The notes: generated by a model from the sequence alone, not told the origin. A DNA stretch of 64,000 bases from Vicinamibacterales bacterium (GCA_046331325.1 JAXLRB010000007.1:82107-146106); one strand, 5' to 3'; shown: positions 42,445-52,133, counted from the stretch's first letter. Translations and numbers: made by a program.

Positions 42445-43269
42445 ATGAAGCTGGCCCTCGTGCAGCAACACGCCACCCGCGATCGCGCCGACAACCTGCA
42501 CCGCGGACTCCTCGCGGTGGATCGCGCCGCGGCGGCGGGGGCGCAGGTGGTCTGCTTCGCCGAGCTGGCGTTCGAGTGGTTCTACCCGCAGCGCCCGGCG
42601 GATTCGACGTTCCGTGCCAACAGCGAGACGCTCGAGGGACCGATCGTGTCGGCGCTGCAGAAGAAAGCCGCCGAGCACGGCGTGGTGATCGTGGCGAACT
42701 TCTTCGAGCGCGACGGCCTCGACACCTTCGACACCTCGCCCGTCATCGACGCCAACGGCGTCGTGCTCGGCATGACGCGCATGGTGCACATCACCGAGTA
42801 CGCGTGCTTCCACGAGCAGGGCTACTACACGCCAGGCGATACCGGCGCGCCGGTGTACGAAACGCGCTTCGGGAAGATCGGGGTGGCGATCTGTTACGAC
42901 CGTCACTTCCCGGAGTACATGCGCGCCCTCGCGCTCAACGGCGCCGATCTCGTCGTGGTGCCGCAGGCCGGCACGATCGGAGAGTTCCCCGACGGCCTCG
43001 ACGAGGCCGAGTTGCGCGTGACGGCGCTGCAGAACGGCTACCACGTCGCCCTCTGCAACCGCGTCGGTGCGGAAGACTGCGTGACCTTCGCCGGCGAGTC
43101 GTTCGTGTGCGGTCCGTTCGGTGATGTGATCGCGCGCGCGCCGCAGAACGAGGATCACATCCTGCACGCCACCATCGATCCCGGCTCCGCGTACCTCGCA
43201 CCCGCGCGCAAGCTGTACCTGCGCCATCGACGCCCCGAGCTCTACGCCGAGTGGGTGGCCCGCGCGTGA
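42445..43269 (+). CDS. carbon-nitrogen hydrolase (nitrilase superfamily amidase)
   Basis: Start at ATG 42445 (MKLALVQQH..). Contains VVCFAELA (Glu) and IGVAICYD (Cys). TAGACT lies 10 nt upstream. Confidence 0.8.
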   Translation: MKLALVQQHATRDRADNLHRGLLAVDRAAAAGAQVVCFAELAFEWFYPQRPADSTFRANSETLEGPIVSALQKKAAEHGVVIVANFFERDGLDTFDTSPVIDANGVVLGMTRMVHITEYACFHEQGYYTPGDTGAPVYETRFGKIGVAICYDRHFPEYMRALALNGADLVVVPQAGTIGEFPDGLDEAELRVTALQNGYHVALCNRVGAEDCVTFAGESFVCGPFGDVIARAPQNEDHILHATIDPGSAYLAPARKLYLRHRRPELYAEWVARA

Positions 43270-44573
43270 GCGCACCCGCCTCGACGCCCGCGCTGCGCCG
43301 CGCGCTGGGCAAGTGGGACCTGACGGCGATCGGCATCAACCAGGTGATCGGATCGGCGATCTTCCTGCTGCCCGCGGATGTGGCGCGGCTGGTCGGCAGC
43401 TGGGCGCCGCTGATGTTCCTGGCCATCGGCCTGTCGTCGCTGTTCGTGGCGTTGTGTTTCGCGGAGGTCGGCAGCCGCTTCGACACCACCGGCGGTCCGA
43501 TCGGCCCGGCGCGCGTGGCCTTCGGACGCTTCACCGGCTTCGAAGTGGGCTGGATGCTGTGGTTCAGCCGAGTCTCGAGCGGCGCGTCCGTGATCAACGG
43601 CCTGGCGGTGGCCCTCGGCTACTACTGGCCGGCGATCTCCACCGGCATGCCGCGCGCCGCCGTGATCCTGAGCGTGCTCGGCGTGCTCACCTGGGTGAAC
43701 GTGCGGGGCATCAAGCAGTCGTCGTGGCTCGTGAACGCGTTCACGCTGGGCAAGCTGCTGCCGCTGGCGGTCTTCATCGCGGTGGGTGTGTTCTTCGCGG
43801 ATCTGTCGCGGGTCGTGCCGGCGGGGCCGGCGCCGATGGCCAACCTCGGCACGGCAGCGCTGCTGCTGATCTTCGCGTTCGGCGGCTACGAAGTGACCGG
43901 CGTGCCGGCGGGCGAGGCGGCGAATCCACGAAAGGACGTGCCCTTCGCGTTCATCGCCACGATTCTCACCGTGTCGGCGGTGATGACGCTGACGGCGGCC
44001 GTGACGGCCGGCCTGCTGCCGGATGTGGGCGCGTCGAAGACGCCGGTGGCCGATGCGTCCGCGCTCGTGATGGGCGCGCTCGGCGGCCTGCTCGTAAGCG
44101 TCGGGTCGGTGATCTCGATGACCGGCAACAACATGGGCCAGCTGCTGTCGGGATCGCGATCGGTGTTCGCCCTGGCCGAGCAGGGCGATCTGCCGCCGGT
44201 GTTCGCGCGCGTGCATCCCGCGTATCGCACGCCGCACGTCGCGATCTGGTTCACGTCGCTGGTGCTCGTCGGGCTGGCGCTCACCGGATCGTTCGTGTTC
44301 CTCGCCGCGGTCAGCGCCGTGGCGCGCCTCGTGGTCTACATGAGCGCCTGCGGCGCCACGCTCAGACTGCGCGGCGCATCGATGGCCGGCAAGGTCGGCG
44401 AGGCGCACTTCGTCGCCCCCGGCGGGCCGATCGTGCCGATCGTGGCGATCGCGATCACGTCGAGCATCCTGGTCAGCGCCACCACGCAGCAGTTGCTCGC
44501 CGGCGGCGCGGCGCTGGCGGCGGGCGCAGTGCTCTTCGCGATCGCGACCCGCGGCGCCCGCACCGCGGACTGA
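43266..44573 (+). CDS. APC-family amino-acid permease
   Basis: Multi-TM protein with N-terminal LGKWDLTAIGINQVIGSAIF. GTG 43266 overlaps the upstream stop (GTGA). An alternative start lies at 43251. Confidence 0.8.
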   Translation: MSAPASTPALRRALGKWDLTAIGINQVIGSAIFLLPADVARLVGSWAPLMFLAIGLSSLFVALCFAEVGSRFDTTGGPIGPARVAFGRFTGFEVGWMLWFSRVSSGASVINGLAVALGYYWPAISTGMPRAAVILSVLGVLTWVNVRGIKQSSWLVNAFTLGKLLPLAVFIAVGVFFADLSRVVPAGPAPMANLGTAALLLIFAFGGYEVTGVPAGEAANPRKDVPFAFIATILTVSAVMTLTAAVTAGLLPDVGASKTPVADASALVMGALGGLLVSVGSVISMTGNNMGQLLSGSRSVFALAEQGDLPPVFARVHPAYRTPHVAIWFTSLVLVGLALTGSFVFLAAVSAVARLVVYMSACGATLRLRGASMAGKVGEAHFVAPGGPIVPIVAIAITSSILVSATTQQLLAGGAALAAGAVLFAIATRGARTAD

Positions 44574-44575
44574 TT

Positions 44576-44594
44576 CGCGCGATCGAGTCGCGCG
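44576..44594. terminator. hairpin between convergent genes
   Basis: CGCGCGA-tcgag-TCGCGCG, a 7-bp stem with no U-tract. Confidence 0.3.
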
Positions 44595-44601
44595 TCAGCG
44601 C

Positions 44602-45195
44602 CTACGGCTTCGCGACGGCCGCCCGCAGCGCGTCGAGCAGCAACTCGTCGCGGGCGTCGTCGCGACCGCGCGGATCGGTGCCCCACGCCGCGTCCAGCGT
44701 GGTCATGCGGCCGACGATGCAGCTCACGTCGCACACGCCGCCGCCGCTCAGCCGTGCTGCCGCCGAGGATCGCGACTCGAGTTCCATGAGCCAGCGGTCG
44801 AAGAGCTGCGCTTCCTCGTCGTGACCGGCGGCGCCGACGTTCCAGTCGAGCAGCCGGTTCATGGCGGTGAGCACGCGCGGCTCCACCGGCACCGAGCGTC
44901 TGCTGATCGTGAACGCGAAGAGCGTGCTTTGCGCGCCGGTGAACGGCGACGGCGACGCGGATCCTGGCGCCACCGAGGGGCCCGGCTGCGCGTGCGCCTG
45001 CACCTGCTTCAGCAGCGGCACCAGCTTCCGCGCCGCCTCCTGACGCTGCGCCACCGTGGCGCCGATGACGATCTGTGGCGTGGCCGGGGGCGGCGTGGTT
45101 CGCGGCAGCGTGAGTTGCGGCGATGCGGCGAGCGCGCCGCCGGTGAGGACGATCGCGAGCCCGGTGACGAGCGCGCGAGACATGGCGAGCGACAT
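44602..45195 (-). CDS. secreted hypothetical protein
   Basis: Start at ATG 45195 (MSLAMSRALVTGLAIVL..), preceded by AGGAGG-N6. The segment LLDWNVGAAGHDEEAQLFDRWL faintly recalls a penicillin-acylase-family segment. The upstream part of the 451-aa track ORF is non-coding shadow. Confidence 0.5.
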   Translation of the reverse strand: MSLAMSRALVTGLAIVLTGGALAASPQLTLPRTTPPPATPQIVIGATVAQRQEAARKLVPLLKQVQAHAQPGPSVAPGSASPSPFTGAQSTLFAFTISRRSVPVEPRVLTAMNRLLDWNVGAAGHDEEAQLFDRWLMELESRSSAAARLSGGGVCDVSCIVGRMTTLDAAWGTDPRGRDDARDELLLDALRAAVAKP

Positions 45196-45266
45196 GAGGC
45201 GCCTCCTGTCGGCAGACACCCCCATCACATCACCACCGACACGGCGCCGCAAGCGCGGCCGTCGCC

Positions 45267-46034
45267 TCAGTCGGCGTCGTCGCGCGCGCCGCGACGGCGT
45301 GCGCGGCCGGTGGCGCCCTCGCCGAGGAGCGGATCGCGATCGAGGTGGCGCCGCATCTCGACGATGGGCTCGTTGAGGAACGCGACGAACGGCGCCATCG
45401 CCTCGAACGTGGCCAGCAGGTGCTTGTAGAAGTCCGGCTGCGCGGCGAAGGCCGGCGCCTCTTCGCGCGCCGCCAGGAACTGCTTGTGCTTCAGCACCTC
45501 GGCGGCGGGATGCGCCGGATCGAAGCCGCGCGGCATGCGGGTGGCGGTATCGCCCTGCATCTTCCCGAGCAGCTTCCTGAACTTCGCCGCCGACACCAGC
45601 CGCGCCAGCTCGTCGTGATGCGTGGCGATGTGCTCGCGCACCGCGTGCAGCGTCGGCGCGTCGGGAGCGTAGAGGCCGCCGCCGATCCACACGTGCTCGG
45701 GCGCCACCTCGAAGTAGAGGCCGGCCCCCTGCATGCGGCCCAGCGCGCGATGCGGAAACACGGCGGCGACATTGGTCTTCAGCGGCGCCTTGTTGGCGCT
45801 GAAGCGGGTGTCGCGCCACGGCCGGAACATCGAGATCTTCGGGTTCGCGACGAAGTCGGGCGCCACGCGTGCGAAGTCCACCGCCAGCCGCTCGACGATG
45901 GCCACCATCGGCGCGTGCACGTGCGTGTCGTAGTCGGCGCGCCGGGCGTGGAACCACTCGCGGTCGTTGTTGCGCTTGAGCGCGCGCAGGAACGTCAGCG
46001 TCTTCGGTGTGAAGCCGGGTGCAGCGGAGGGCAT
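45267..46034 (-). CDS. DUF2461/TIGR02453-family protein
   Basis: Start at ATG 46034 (MPSAAPGFTPKTLTFLRALKRNNDREWFHARRADYD..). Confidence 0.75.
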   Translation of the reverse strand: MPSAAPGFTPKTLTFLRALKRNNDREWFHARRADYDTHVHAPMVAIVERLAVDFARVAPDFVANPKISMFRPWRDTRFSANKAPLKTNVAAVFPHRALGRMQGAGLYFEVAPEHVWIGGGLYAPDAPTLHAVREHIATHHDELARLVSAAKFRKLLGKMQGDTATRMPRGFDPAHPAAEVLKHKQFLAAREEAPAFAAQPDFYKHLLATFEAMAPFVAFLNEPIVEMRRHLDRDPLLGEGATGRARRRGARDDAD

Positions 46035-46041
46035 GCCCGTG

Positions 46042-46047
46042 ATCCTA
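46042..46047 (-). promoter_or_regulatory. -10-like hexamer TAGGAT, 7 nt upstream of ATG 46034
   Basis: The minus strand reads cggTAGGATcacgggcATG. Confidence 0.45.
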
Positions 46048-46150
46048 CCGCACGCGCTTTCGTGCATTCGCCGTCGCTGCGTGCTGTTGCTCACTGCCCG
46101 CCGGCCGAAACGGTGTACGGCGGAATCCGCGCCCCGCCGACTGCCGAGCC

Positions 46151-49100
46151 ATGCCCACACCGATCCGCGTCGCCTTCTTCCTGGCCCTCGCCGGCCTCGC
46201 CGCCTGTTCCGCTCCGCCCGCCCGGGAGGTGCGATCCCTGCAGGTGCAGCGACCGGTCGTGTTCGGTCCGCCCGCGCGTCCGGGGCTCGACGGCCCCGTG
46301 GGCATCACCGAGATCGACACGCCGGCGCCGGTGTGGACCTCGACCGACGACGCGGTCACCCGCACCACGGCCGAGATGATGGCCGAGGCGGCGACGCGTC
46401 CGCCGACCTTCTCCGACTGGCGCGAGCGTCCGCATCCGAAGAAGCACCGGCCCAGCCGTCGCAACTTGCCGCAGGATCCGGCGGCCACGGCGCTCCCGCA
46501 ACGCGAACCCCTGACGCTCACGCGCGGCGGCGCGCCGCTGGTGGCGCAGACGGCGTCGACGCCGAACGCCGACGTGGCCACCCTGGGCGACACCAACTCG
46601 TTGCCGCCCGACACGATGGGCGACGTGGGGCCGACGCAGTACCTGGTGGGCCTCAACGGCCGCTTCCGCACGATCAGCAAGACCACGGGCAGCGCGGATG
46701 GCGCGCTGAACCTCGACTCCGACACGCTGTTCTCTGGCAGCCTGCCGGCCGGTCACTTCACCACCGACCCGCGCGTTCGCTTCGATCGCCGCCTCAACCG
46801 CTGGATCGTGCTGATGATCAGTGCGGGCGTGCCCAACCGCTTCATGATCGCGGTGAGCGACACGGCGACGATCTCCGGCAGCACCGTGTGGACGCACGTT
46901 CGCTGGGACAACACGCGCCTGGCCGCTGGCAGCGGCCCCGACGCGTGTCTGGCCGACTACCCGACGCTTGGTGTCGACGAGGACGCGCTCTACATCGGCG
47001 TCAACCAGTTCTGCGGCCCCGACGCCAACTCGCTCGCCTTCGACTCGACGTCGGTCTACGTGGTGAACAAGCAGGCGCTGGCCAACGGCACGCTGTCGGT
47101 GGCGCAGTTCAACGGCGTGCTGCCCAATGCCGGCTCCTCGGGCATCTACACGCCGCAGGGCGTCGACAACTTCGACGCCAACACGAACGAGGGCTACGTG
47201 ATCGGCGTGAACAACACGGCGTTCGGCCAGCTCGTGCTGCGCCGCGTGGCCAATCCCGGCGGCACGCCGAGCCTGTCGGGCGACATCGCCGTCACCGTGT
47301 CGCAGACGGCGTACCCCATCGACGTGCCCCACCCCGGCGGCGCGCTCGCGCTCGACGGCCTCGACGACCGCCTGCTGCAGGCCGTCGTGCGCAACGGCCG
47401 CTTGTGGACCGCGCATCAGCTCGAGGTGAACACGGCCGGCGTCGCAGGCTCCGGTGGTGGCCGCGACGGCGTGCGCTGGTACGAGATCCAGAACCTGTCG
47501 TCGACCCCATCGGTGCGACAGTCGGGCACCGTCTTCGACAGCGCCGCGACCACGCCACGCAGCTACTTCATGGGCGCGATCGTGCCGAATGGGCAGGGGC
47601 ATGCGGCGCTGGGCATGACGGTGGCGGGCGCCGTTTCACGCGTGTCAACACGGCCTTCACCGGCCGCCTGGCCACCGACGCGCTGAACACCATGGACGCG
47701 CCGACGCAGTACAGCGCGAACACGACCTTCGCCTACAACCGGCAGAGCGCGCCCGATCCGGCACAGCGCTGGGGCGATTACTCGTTCACCAGCGTCGACC
47801 CGACCGGACGATCGAACCCTTCGACGCTGCAGTACGTGAACGCCACCAACTCCTACGCCGTGCGGCTCGTGAAGCTGCTGGCGCCGGCCCCCGCCGTGAT
47901 GAGCGCGGGCGCCGTGTCGCCATCGACCGTCAACGCCGGACTGGCCGGGGTGAACGTCACGGTCACCGGTGCCGCCACGGGCGGGCGCGGCTTCTTCGAT
48001 CCGGGCGCCGGCTTCGCGCGTCGCATCGCCGCGTCGTTCGGCGCCGGCGTGACGGTGACCAACGTCGTCGTCAACAGCCCCACGTCGCTCACGCTCACCC
48101 TGAACACCGTGGGTGCGACGGCGGGCGCGCGCACGCTCACGGTGACCAACCCCGACGGGCAGACGTCCACGCTGGCGTCGGCGCTCACCATCGGCACGCC
48201 CCAGCCCGGTCCGCCGGTCTTCAGCAACGCGCCTGGCAACCAGCAGGTGTTCGATTTGGGCGCCGGGCATCGGCGCCACACCGACGCTGGCGTTCCAGGT
48301 GGTCGATCCCGATGGGTCGGCGTTCACTCTCACCGCGTCGTCTTCGAACACAGCGGTCGTGCCCGTCAACCGCATCCAACTCACGGCGCCCGATGGCCTC
48401 GGCAATGCCGTGCGTGTCGTCAGCAACGGCCAGTTTGCAGCAGCACAACTCACCCTGCGGGCGCAGGAGGATCTCAACCTGGCCAACTTCACCACCGCCA
48501 CCTCGTCGTGACCGTCTCGCAGTCGGTGGTGGCCGGCGCGCCGCAGAATCTCGCCGCGGTGGTCGTCCGCAATCGCGTCACGTTCACGTGGGACGCGCCG
48601 GCATCGGCCGGCGTCGAACCGGTGCTCAGCTATCGCATCGAGGCGGGCTTCGGTCCCGGGCAGACCGCGGCCCTGTTGCCGGCGGGCAACGTCACCACCT
48701 ACACCGTGTTCGCCGCGCCCGACGGCGTGTTCTTCGTCCGCGTCCGCGCGCAGACCGCCGCCGGGCTGAGCAGCCCGTCGAACGAAGTGCAGATCGCCAC
48801 CGGCCAGGCGGCGCCGCCGCTGGCGCCGCAGGCGCTGCTCGCCACGGTGCAGGGCACGTCGATCGCGCTGCAGTGGACCGAGAACCCGAACGGCCCGGTG
48901 ATCGGCGCCTACTACCTGCTCGCGGGCAGCGCGCCCGGGCTCGCCGATATCGGCGTGCTGCCGCTGCCGGCCACCGCGCGCACGTTCGCCGCCCTGGCGC
49001 CGCCCGGCACCTACTACGTGCGCATCGCCGCCGTGAACGCCGCCGGCACCGGGGCGCCGTCGAACGAAGCGGCGCTGGTGGCGCAGCCCGCCACGTGCAC

Positions 49101-49368
49101 CATTCCCGCGACGCCCACCGGCGCTACCGATCGCAGGCCAGCCGCCACCACGTTCGGCTGGGCCGCCGCGCTGACCAGTGCGCATTCCACGACGACCAGA
49201 TCCAGGTCGGGACGGCGTCGGGGCTGTCGAACGTCAGCGTGTTCCCGGTGGCCGGCAACGTTCGTGGTGGTATCCGGCCTCGTGAACCTGGGACCGCATT
49301 CTCCCGCGTCGCCGCGGTGAATGCGTGCGGCGTCGGCGACGACCAGTGACGTGTCGGTGACGGTGCCG
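46151..49368 (+). pseudogene. large lipoprotein (propeller-like N-terminal region + Ig-like + three FN3-like repeats) with at least five frame changes
   Basis: The lipobox signal reads MPTPIRVAFFLALAGLAAC. Coding sense jumps between frames near 47621-47635, 48261-48270, 48495-48510, 49130-49200, 49255-49290 and 49335-49345. Evidence comes from track ORFs 46151-47686, 45967-49320, 48299-48511, 48312-49349 and 49321-49767, each of which carries one plausible piece. Confidence 0.6.
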
Positions 49369-49371
49369 TGC

Positions 49372-49920
49372 GTGGGCCGACGGCCGCTCCACTTTCGGCG
49401 GCTGCTCGCGGGGTGGTCGCTGCGGCTTCTTCTCGGCGCGGGGCTGCTGCTGATGCTGTCGCCTGTCGGCTGTAACCCGGCGCGCGGGTGTGTGGAGTCG
49501 TCGTTCCAGTTCAGGGGCCGACTTCAGGCTGCCGCGCTGGTTCGGGATGAGGTCGCGCGCCGGTCGCAGCGAATACTCGGTGGAGATGTCCTACTTCGTG
49601 CCCCTCATGGACATCGACAATGCCGTCATCGATTTCCGCGTCCGGATGGCCGCAGGGTGAGGACTATCACCGGGAAGTCGTGCTGGTGTATCCGGCGACG
49701 TGGTGGACCGCTGCCGGACGGCACCTTCGAGCCCGGCGCTTTCCCTATCCTCACTACGGCATCGTGACCGTCGGTGAAGTCGGCCGAGGTCGAGCATCGT
49801 CGCGACAACCTGTTCGCCATCTCCGACGACGCGCAAATCGTGCGTCAGGCTGTCGAATCCGTCGCGCTGGGAGAGTGCAGGCACGAGCCCGACACCGACT
49901 CGGTGACGCCGCTCCAATAG
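49372..49920 (+). pseudogene. remnant of a small lipoprotein-like gene, coding signal hops frames
   Basis: Signal-like VGRRPLHFRRLLAGWSLRLLLGAGLLLMLSPVGC is followed by GC3-rich pieces in different frames: EYSVEMSYFVPLMDIDNAVIDFRVRMAAG, DYHREVVLVYPATWW, LPDGTFEPGAFP, YPHYGIVTVG and SVKSAEVEHRRDNLFAISDDAQIVRQAVESVALGECRHEPDTDSVTPLQ. The last piece ends at TAG 49918-49920. Confidence 0.35.
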
Positions 49921-49927
49921 CGCCCGC

Positions 49928-50655
49928 CTACGTGGCGTCGTGCAGGATGATCCCAGCGTGTGACGCCGCCCGGCGCGCACAGCGCTGACGCCGTGCCGCA
50001 TGTTCACACGGTAGGCGGCGCGCGTGCCGTCCACCGGGCGATGGTGCACCGCGAAGATCACGGCATCGCCCTGCGTGAGCGGCACCACCTCGGCGCGTGA
50101 CTGCATCCGCGCCGCCACCTGGTGAGCACGCGAACCGCCGCCATCGAAGTCGCGATCCGGTTCCGACAGCAGCACCGCCATCTGCAGCGGGAACACCAGC
50201 GGTCCGCACAGGTCCTGGTGCAGCGCGTTGAAATCGCCGGCCACGTAGCGGAGCAGCAGCGGCGTCGGCCGCGTTTGTCCGGCGGCATGACACTGCGCGA
50301 GGAAGGCGTCGTGATCCGGCGGATAGGCCGACTCGTGGCCGAGTCGCGCCTGCCAGGCACCCGCCACCGGCACCAGTCGCGGATAGAGCGCCGCGCGCAG
50401 CCCGGCGATGAGCGGCGGCAGCGGCGCCGCGAAGTACTGATACTCGCCGCGCCCGAACCCGTGCCGCGCCATCACCACGCGCGAGCGGAACCGTGCGGCG
50501 TCGTCGTACCACGACGCCACCTCGTCGCAGGCGTCGCGGTTCAGCAGGCGCGGCAGCAGCGTCCAGCCGCGGGCGTCGAGATCGGCGTGGGCGGTGGTCC
50601 AGTCGTAGGTATCGAGCGGCGTGTGCGTGAGCGTCGCGGTCGTCATGGTGACCAC
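49928..50655 (-). pseudogene. 2OG-Fe(II) oxygenase-superfamily protein with a frame disruption 8 codons before the expected C-terminus
   Basis: Contains GEYQYFAAPLP, RPTPLLLRYVAGDFNALHQDL (HxD) and RHGVS..RAGRRHTLG. The expected ending, IILHDAT-stop, is in another frame (track ORF 49928-50512) after a GGG run near 49951-49953. Confidence 0.6.
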
Positions 50656-50708
50656 GATGTCAGCGCGCCGGTGGCGACCGCATTCCGCCGCGTGCGGGTG
50701 ATGTGTCA

Positions 50709-50787
50709 GATCACTCGATCAACCGATGCGCGCATCCGATCACGCGATCGCAAGATCACCCGATCGCGAGATCTCGCCTACCTGATC
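50709..50787. repeat. GATC-periodic tandem repeat (16-bp unit GATCACNCGATCGCNA, about 3.5 copies)
   Basis: Eight GATC sites lie within 79 bp. Five are exactly 8 bp apart (50738, 50746, 50754, 50762, 50770). The repeat sits in the intergenic region upstream of the 2OG-oxygenase-like gene. Confidence 0.8.
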
Positions 50788-51218
50788 GGACACACGCTGT
50801 CGACGTACTGCACCGACGTGAGGTCCATCACCGGCACGGGCGCCGGCGTGGGCAGGTTGCCGCGCATCGGATCGCGTCCCGGTTGACCGACGATCACGCG
50901 CGTCTTGCCCACGCGCGTGCCGAGCTCGGGCGCCGTCAGGTCGGCCTTGCGCACGATGCCGACGATGGCCACGAGATGTCCGTCGTGCGCCTTCACGACG
51001 TCCATCTGCTCCTTCTTGCCGGCGAGGCGGAAGTTGCGACCGGTGACGTCGGGGCCGAGCGCGACTCCCTCGTCCTCGGTGCGCGGCGCCGCGGTGAACA
51101 CGCGGCCCTTCAGGCAGCCGCGGGCCTGGATCTCCACCGAGTCGTTGGGGATCTTCTTCGTGCCTGGCTCTTGCGGAGCGGCGGTGGCGAGCGCGAGCAC
51201 GATCAAGTACGAGAGCAT
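50778..51218 (-). CDS. small secreted hypothetical protein
   Basis: Start at ATG 51218 (MLSYLIVLALATAAP..), preceded by GGAG-N6. 146 aa. The rest of the 291-aa track ORF is shadow. Confidence 0.55.
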   Translation of the reverse strand: MLSYLIVLALATAAPQEPGTKKIPNDSVEIQARGCLKGRVFTAAPRTEDEGVALGPDVTGRNFRLAGKKEQMDVVKAHDGHLVAIVGIVRKADLTAPELGTRVGKTRVIVGQPGRDPMRGNLPTPAPVPVMDLTSVQYVDSVCPIR

Positions 51219-51256
51219 CGGAGACTCCAGGCTGGCAGGCGCGGAATGGATCGCGG

Positions 51257-52102
51257 TCAGTGCGTCATCGCGTAGAGCAGCACGTTGATGCCGAACGCGT
51301 AGCCGTCGATCGAGAAGGTCTGGAAATAGCGCGGATCGTCGCCTTCGCGCTCGAAGGCGTCGCCGTAGTCGGTGTTGTGCGTGGCCAGCACGAGCAGACG
51401 GCCGTCCTTGTCGAGGAAGCCGTGCGCGTACGGGATGCGGCTCTCGGGTCCCCATTCGGAAGTGTCGCCGCCCGATCCCATCCAGTAGTTGATCGATGGG
51501 ATCTGCGTGACCTCCTGCACCTGGAACTGGGCCTTGAACAGCGGGTGATCGCGATCGAGCGCGCGCACCGGAAACTGCTCTTCGGGCAGCACGCGGCGAA
51601 TCTCGTGCAGGAAGTTGTCCCACGCGGCGTCGCCCCAGAAGTCGTCGGCCCACAGGAAGCCGCCCTTCAGGAGATACGCGCGCAGCTTCGTCACCTCGGC
51701 GTCGTCGAGCACCATGCCGCCGGGCTCGGTCATCATCACGAATGGGCAGCGGAAGAGGGACGGATCGGTGAGCGGCAGCACGAAATGGCGCGGCTCGCGA
51801 TCGGCGTCGAAACTCACGCGCGTCTTCGTGAGCTCCGACAGGCGGATCGACAGGTTCACGTCGGCGCGCGGGTAGTCGACGCTCCAGGTGCCGCCGCGGC
51901 GGAAGCGCCCGGTCTGGAAGGCGATGCGGCAGAAGTTGAAGCCGCCGTCGAAGCTCGACTCGGTGGGAATCGGGAAACGATTCGACGTGCCCAGGCGGCG
52001 CTGTCGGGCCAGCACCTCGTGGCCGGCCAGCGCGATCGCGGCGGCGATCGCCACCGCGACGACGGCGTGGCGGACGCGCGGAGCGGGCACCCGAGGGGTC
52101 AC
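51257..52102 (-). CDS. DUF4159-domain protein
   Basis: 281 aa with a GTG start. The pattern WSVDYPRADVNL...MTEPGG...LRAYLLKGGFLWADDFWG is typical of DUF4159. Confidence 0.7.
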   Translation of the reverse strand: MTPRVPAPRVRHAVVAVAIAAAIALAGHEVLARQRRLGTSNRFPIPTESSFDGGFNFCRIAFQTGRFRRGGTWSVDYPRADVNLSIRLSELTKTRVSFDADREPRHFVLPLTDPSLFRCPFVMMTEPGGMVLDDAEVTKLRAYLLKGGFLWADDFWGDAAWDNFLHEIRRVLPEEQFPVRALDRDHPLFKAQFQVQEVTQIPSINYWMGSGGDTSEWGPESRIPYAHGFLDKDGRLLVLATHNTDYGDAFEREGDDPRYFQTFSIDGYAFGINVLLYAMTH

Positions 52103-52108
52103 GCGATC

Positions 52109-52114
52109 ACTCTA
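52109..52114 (-). promoter_or_regulatory. -10-like hexamer TAGAGT, 6 nt upstream of GTG 52102
   Basis: The minus strand reads CGTAGAGTGATCGC-GTG, the same 14-mer as at 35559-35572. Confidence 0.45.
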
Positions 52115-52133
52115 CGGGAATCGGGGCGGGACG

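Noticed and set aside
49645-49650. TGA after ..FRVRMAAG considered as a third Sec codon
   Set aside because: The in-frame continuation uses A/T-ending codons with no coding character. Sensible sequence resumes only after a +1 shift, so this is a frame disruption rather than recoding.
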